This document shows positions 60,734-64,000 of a stretch of DNA of 64,000 nucleotides, piece after piece. The stretch is from a virus (lineage: Duplodnaviria > Heunggongvirae > Uroviricota > Caudoviricetes): IMG/VR virus record IMGVR_UViG_3300045988_005753; one strand, given 5' to 3'. The notes beneath the pieces are model-generated. The model was not told the DNA's origin, searched no databases, and was given only the letters and a program-made list of their open reading frames with translations. Numbering within the stretch: position 1 is the first letter of the stretch; each line of letters opens with the position of its first letter. A program made the position numbers and the translations under genes.

Positions 60734-62968
60734 ATGATTAAGACAATTAAAAAATCAAACGGTACAGTGGTAAGTTTTGACCCAGAAAGACTGAATAAGT
60801 GGGCATCATGGGCAGATAAGCGTGGAATCATCTGGTCAGAAGTCACTATGGAAGCCATGAAACGTGTCTATGAAGGTTGCACCACAAAAGAGATGCACCA
60901 AGCCATGATTGATGTTTGTGTTGATAAACAAACTCAAGAGTACTCAGACATGGCTGGACGGCTACTTCTGGGGATTATCTACAAAGAAGCCTTTGGAGGC
61001 TTTACTAAGGTTCCTACGCTGGTTACCTTCGTTAAAAATATGGAGAGAGCAGGACTTTGGGAGAAAATGGACTATTCTCAGGAAGAGCTTGAATATCTGC
61101 AAGGGTATATTGTGCACTCAAAAGATATCTCTTACGGCTATGCAGTGTTGAAACAGTTCAGAGACAAATATGGTATCCGTGATATTAAAACAGGAAGACT
61201 TTTTGAGTCACCACAGTTTATGTTTATGGGTATGGCTATGAAAGCCTTTGAGAAGCAACCAAAACACCGTAGACTGCAAGATGTGATTAAGCTGTACACT
61301 TACTTATCTGACCTGAAGATTAACGCTCCTACGCCTTATCTGAATGGCTTAAGAGCTACTAAATCAGGTTATGCGTCATGCTGTTTGATTAAGGCGAATG
61401 ATACTGCTGAATCTCTAGGTATTGCTGCAAAGGTTGCCTATGACATGACCACAAAGCAAGCTGGTATTGGTATGCTGATGGAGACTCGCACTATTGGTGA
61501 TGGTATCCGTCAAAACACTATTGAGCACATGGGTAAACTGCCTTATTACAAGCTTGTACGTTCATCTGTAGAGGCAAATAAACAGAAGAGTCGTGGTGGT
61601 TCAGCTAACAACTTCTACACCGCTCTAGACCCGCAGATTGAAGATTTACTACGTTTGAAGCACCCTACAACGGTTCCTTCTAAACGTATTAATGAGATGG
61701 ACTACTCATTTGGTACAAATGATTATTTCTGGCAGTGTGTTCAATATGATACAGATTGGTTGCTATTCTCTTACAAGGATGCACCAAAACTTTATGATAT
61801 GTTCTACACCGCATCTGCTGATGAGTTTGCTATGGCAGTTGGTCACGCAGTACATTCTGGTGTTAAACATAGACGAGTAAAGGCTCGTGAAATTGCTAAA
61901 CTGTTTATCCAGCAGCGTTATGCAACAGGTCGTGTGTACCCATTCTTCACAAATAATGCAAACACACATACACCATTTAAAGAGCCTTTGAAGATGTCAA
62001 ATCTTTGCATGGAAATTGTGTTGCCAGTGTACGGCTTTGAGAAAGAGACAGACCTTTACAGAGATGATGCTGTGAAAGAGGATGGTGAGGTAGCTCTTTG
62101 CTTCCTAGCTAGTTTGGTTGCAGGGAGAATTTCAGAAGATGAATACGCTGACGTTGCTTATTATGCTCTTGCAATGGTTGACTCCGTTATTGACCTTATG
62201 GATTATCCGTATCCATCGATGCGCAACCATGTTCAGAAGCGTCGTTCTGTTGGTATTGGCCTTACAAATGTGGCTCATTACCTTGCGAAAAACTACGTGA
62301 ACTACTCTTCAAGAGCAGGTAAAACGAAGCTTCATGAGCTTGCTGAAATGCACTCTTACTACTTACACGAAGCTTCTTTAAGACTTGCTAAAGAGCGTGG
62401 TGTACCTGAATACATGAAGTTCACTAAGTATCCTGAAGGATGGGTTCCTCCGAAGACAGCTAACAAGAAGATTGATGAGAAGCATGATGCAAAACTAAGA
62501 TATGATTGGGAAGACTTAGCACAACGTATCAAAGAAAATGGTGGCATCCGAAACTCTGTACTTGAGGCTTATATGCCTAATGAGAGTTCTTCACTGGCAA
62601 CTAACACGACAAATGGCTTGTACCCAATTCGTGACTTTATTTTAACTAAAAAGTCTGCAACTGGTAACGTACTGTTTATTGTTCCAGATTATGAAGAGTT
62701 AAAGTATGTCTATGAAATTGCTTGGGCTATTGACACCTTTGACCTGATTGATTGTTATGCAATTGTTCAAAAGTTCACTGGTCAAGCTATCTCTTCAGAC
62801 TTCTATGTTGACTATGCAAAGTCTAAGAAGGTATCATTGGCTCAAGCTTTAAAATACATGATTTACGCTAACTCGGTAGGTATGAAAACCATGTACTACC
62901 TTAACAGTCGCATCGGTGTAGGTAAGTCTGCACTGCAAGATGCCTATTGCGAGGGTTGTGGTGTTTAG
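60734..62968 (+). CDS. nrdA: ribonucleotide reductase class I alpha subunit
   Basis: active-site region NLCMEIVLP and N-terminal ATP-cone-like segment; 744 aa. Confidence 0.85.
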   Translation: MIKTIKKSNGTVVSFDPERLNKWASWADKRGIIWSEVTMEAMKRVYEGCTTKEMHQAMIDVCVDKQTQEYSDMAGRLLLGIIYKEAFGGFTKVPTLVTFVKNMERAGLWEKMDYSQEELEYLQGYIVHSKDISYGYAVLKQFRDKYGIRDIKTGRLFESPQFMFMGMAMKAFEKQPKHRRLQDVIKLYTYLSDLKINAPTPYLNGLRATKSGYASCCLIKANDTAESLGIAAKVAYDMTTKQAGIGMLMETRTIGDGIRQNTIEHMGKLPYYKLVRSSVEANKQKSRGGSANNFYTALDPQIEDLLRLKHPTTVPSKRINEMDYSFGTNDYFWQCVQYDTDWLLFSYKDAPKLYDMFYTASADEFAMAVGHAVHSGVKHRRVKAREIAKLFIQQRYATGRVYPFFTNNANTHTPFKEPLKMSNLCMEIVLPVYGFEKETDLYRDDAVKEDGEVALCFLASLVAGRISEDEYADVAYYALAMVDSVIDLMDYPYPSMRNHVQKRRSVGIGLTNVAHYLAKNYVNYSSRAGKTKLHELAEMHSYYLHEASLRLAKERGVPEYMKFTKYPEGWVPPKTANKKIDEKHDAKLRYDWEDLAQRIKENGGIRNSVLEAYMPNESSSLATNTTNGLYPIRDFILTKKSATGNVLFIVPDYEELKYVYEIAWAIDTFDLIDCYAIVQKFTGQAISSDFYVDYAKSKKVSLAQALKYMIYANSVGMKTMYYLNSRIGVGKSALQDAYCEGCGV

Positions 62969-63023
62969 TTTTAATAACTATGAGGGTCGTAAAAGACCCT
63001 CTAAAATTAACTTTGGAGAGACT

Positions 63024-63281
63024 ATGAAAGATTTAATAGCAAACCATGAATGGACTATATACTTGCTCCACAAACCTCGGAAAACGTTGTACTACGTGAG
63101 TAGCACAGACATGATGATAAAACAAAATGATGACTCATGGGTCGATGGTGTCTCTTACATCTCTACAGCAGATGGTAAAATCTATGCAAGACCTTATGAC
63201 ATGTTTAATAAAGAAAATTGGGAAGTTTTAGACAGAAAACAAGCCTTAGAGATGATAAAGAAAGGAGAAATCACATTATGA
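63024..63281 (+). CDS. small hypothetical protein between the RNR genes
   Basis: track ORF 62940-63281 overlaps nrdA; ATG at 63024 has a GGAGAG RBS. Confidence 0.4.
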   Translation: MKDLIANHEWTIYLLHKPRKTLYYVSSTDMMIKQNDDSWVDGVSYISTADGKIYARPYDMFNKENWEVLDRKQALEMIKKGEITL

Positions 63282-64000
63282 TTAACCAACACCCAATCTT
63301 TTTAGGTGGTGAGAGAAAGACATTTGACTCACTTAACAAGCACTACCCAAAAATCTTTGAGCTATATAAACAACAAAAAGCTCAAGACTGGTCAGAAGAT
63401 GAGTTCCCTTTTGAACAATCACGTCTTGATTTTGAGAGTGTACCAGCATCAATGTCAGGTGTAATGCTTGAGATTCTTAAGTGGCAGTGGGAAGCAGATA
63501 CCCAAGTTGCTAAGAGTTTAGCGTTTGCTTTTGCACCATTCATCTCTGATGACATTTATGCAACTGCAATTATGAAGCAGTCTGAGATTGAAAACCTACA
63601 CGCTCTGACTTACTCGGAGATTGTAAGGCAATGTATTAAAAATCCTGAAACAATCTTAGATGAGATTAACCAGAACATTGCTGTACAAGACCGATTAAAA
63701 ACTGTGAATCATGTTCTTGAAGAATTACTGGATGAAGGTATAAACTATCGACTGAGTTATGTCCGCGACTCACTTCTGGACAAAGACCCTTTACACTTCC
63801 ATAAAGTGATTCTGAAAGGTCTATTTGCAGTGACTGCACTGGAAGGTATTTCTTTTATGGCATCCTTTGCATGTACTTTTGCACTTGATGCTCAAGATAA
63901 ATTTCAGGGTATTGCTCAAGCTGTCCAGAAAATTATGCTTGACGAAATCCTTCACACTAAAATTGATATTGAAGTTTTAAAAGAAACTTTAAGAGATGAT
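63279..64000 (+). CDS. nrdB: ribonucleotide reductase beta subunit, 5' part (runs off the window end)
   Basis: ATG at 63279 with AAGGAG RBS; ferritin-like motifs EGISFMASFA and DEILH; frame open to the window end. Confidence 0.7.

Overview
This window reads as a contiguous segment of a tailed, contractile-tail (myovirus-like) bacteriophage genome, AT-rich and gene-dense, with no integrase or host flanks seen. All protein calls rest on reading the supplied six-frame translations for motifs; no database search was run. Layout: (1) 1-1930, a small plus-strand gene followed by about 1.5 kb of non-coding DNA packed with short direct repeats of TTGTTAAG-like octamers at roughly helical spacing; (2) 1932-10107, a minus-strand block of small genes including a lysozyme-type endolysin and an Ig-like repeat protein; (3) 10336-12205, two plus-strand genes, the second a vWA (DxSxS) protein that I interpret as Ro60/TROVE-like; (4) 12371-17578, a tRNA array of about 27 tRNA genes that appears to cover all 20 amino acids, interspersed with repeated stem-bounded structured elements, one of which contains a circularly permuted tRNA-like module (Y-RNA/YrlA-like candidate), plus three embedded ORFs; (5) 17801-41713, the morphogenesis module (large terminase, portal, S49-type prohead protease, decoration-like protein, major capsid, sheath, tube, chaperone pair with a -1 frameshift site, tape measure, baseplate, two tail fibres with His-x-His tips, holin-like genes); (6) 41751-51661, a minus-strand block with thymidylate synthase, HTH regulator, ATP-dependent DNA ligase and family-A DNA polymerase, interrupted by two copies of a CA-rich repeat; (7) 51919-64000, plus-strand replication and nucleotide-metabolism genes (dNMP kinase-like, primase-helicase, SSB-like, FEN-like exonuclease, GIY-YIG-like nuclease, RNR alpha and the start of RNR beta). 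The most interesting candidate system is the Ro60-like gene sitting directly upstream of the tRNA array that carries the Y-RNA-like tRNA mimic. tRNA coordinates and anticodons were folded by eye and may be off by a few bases.
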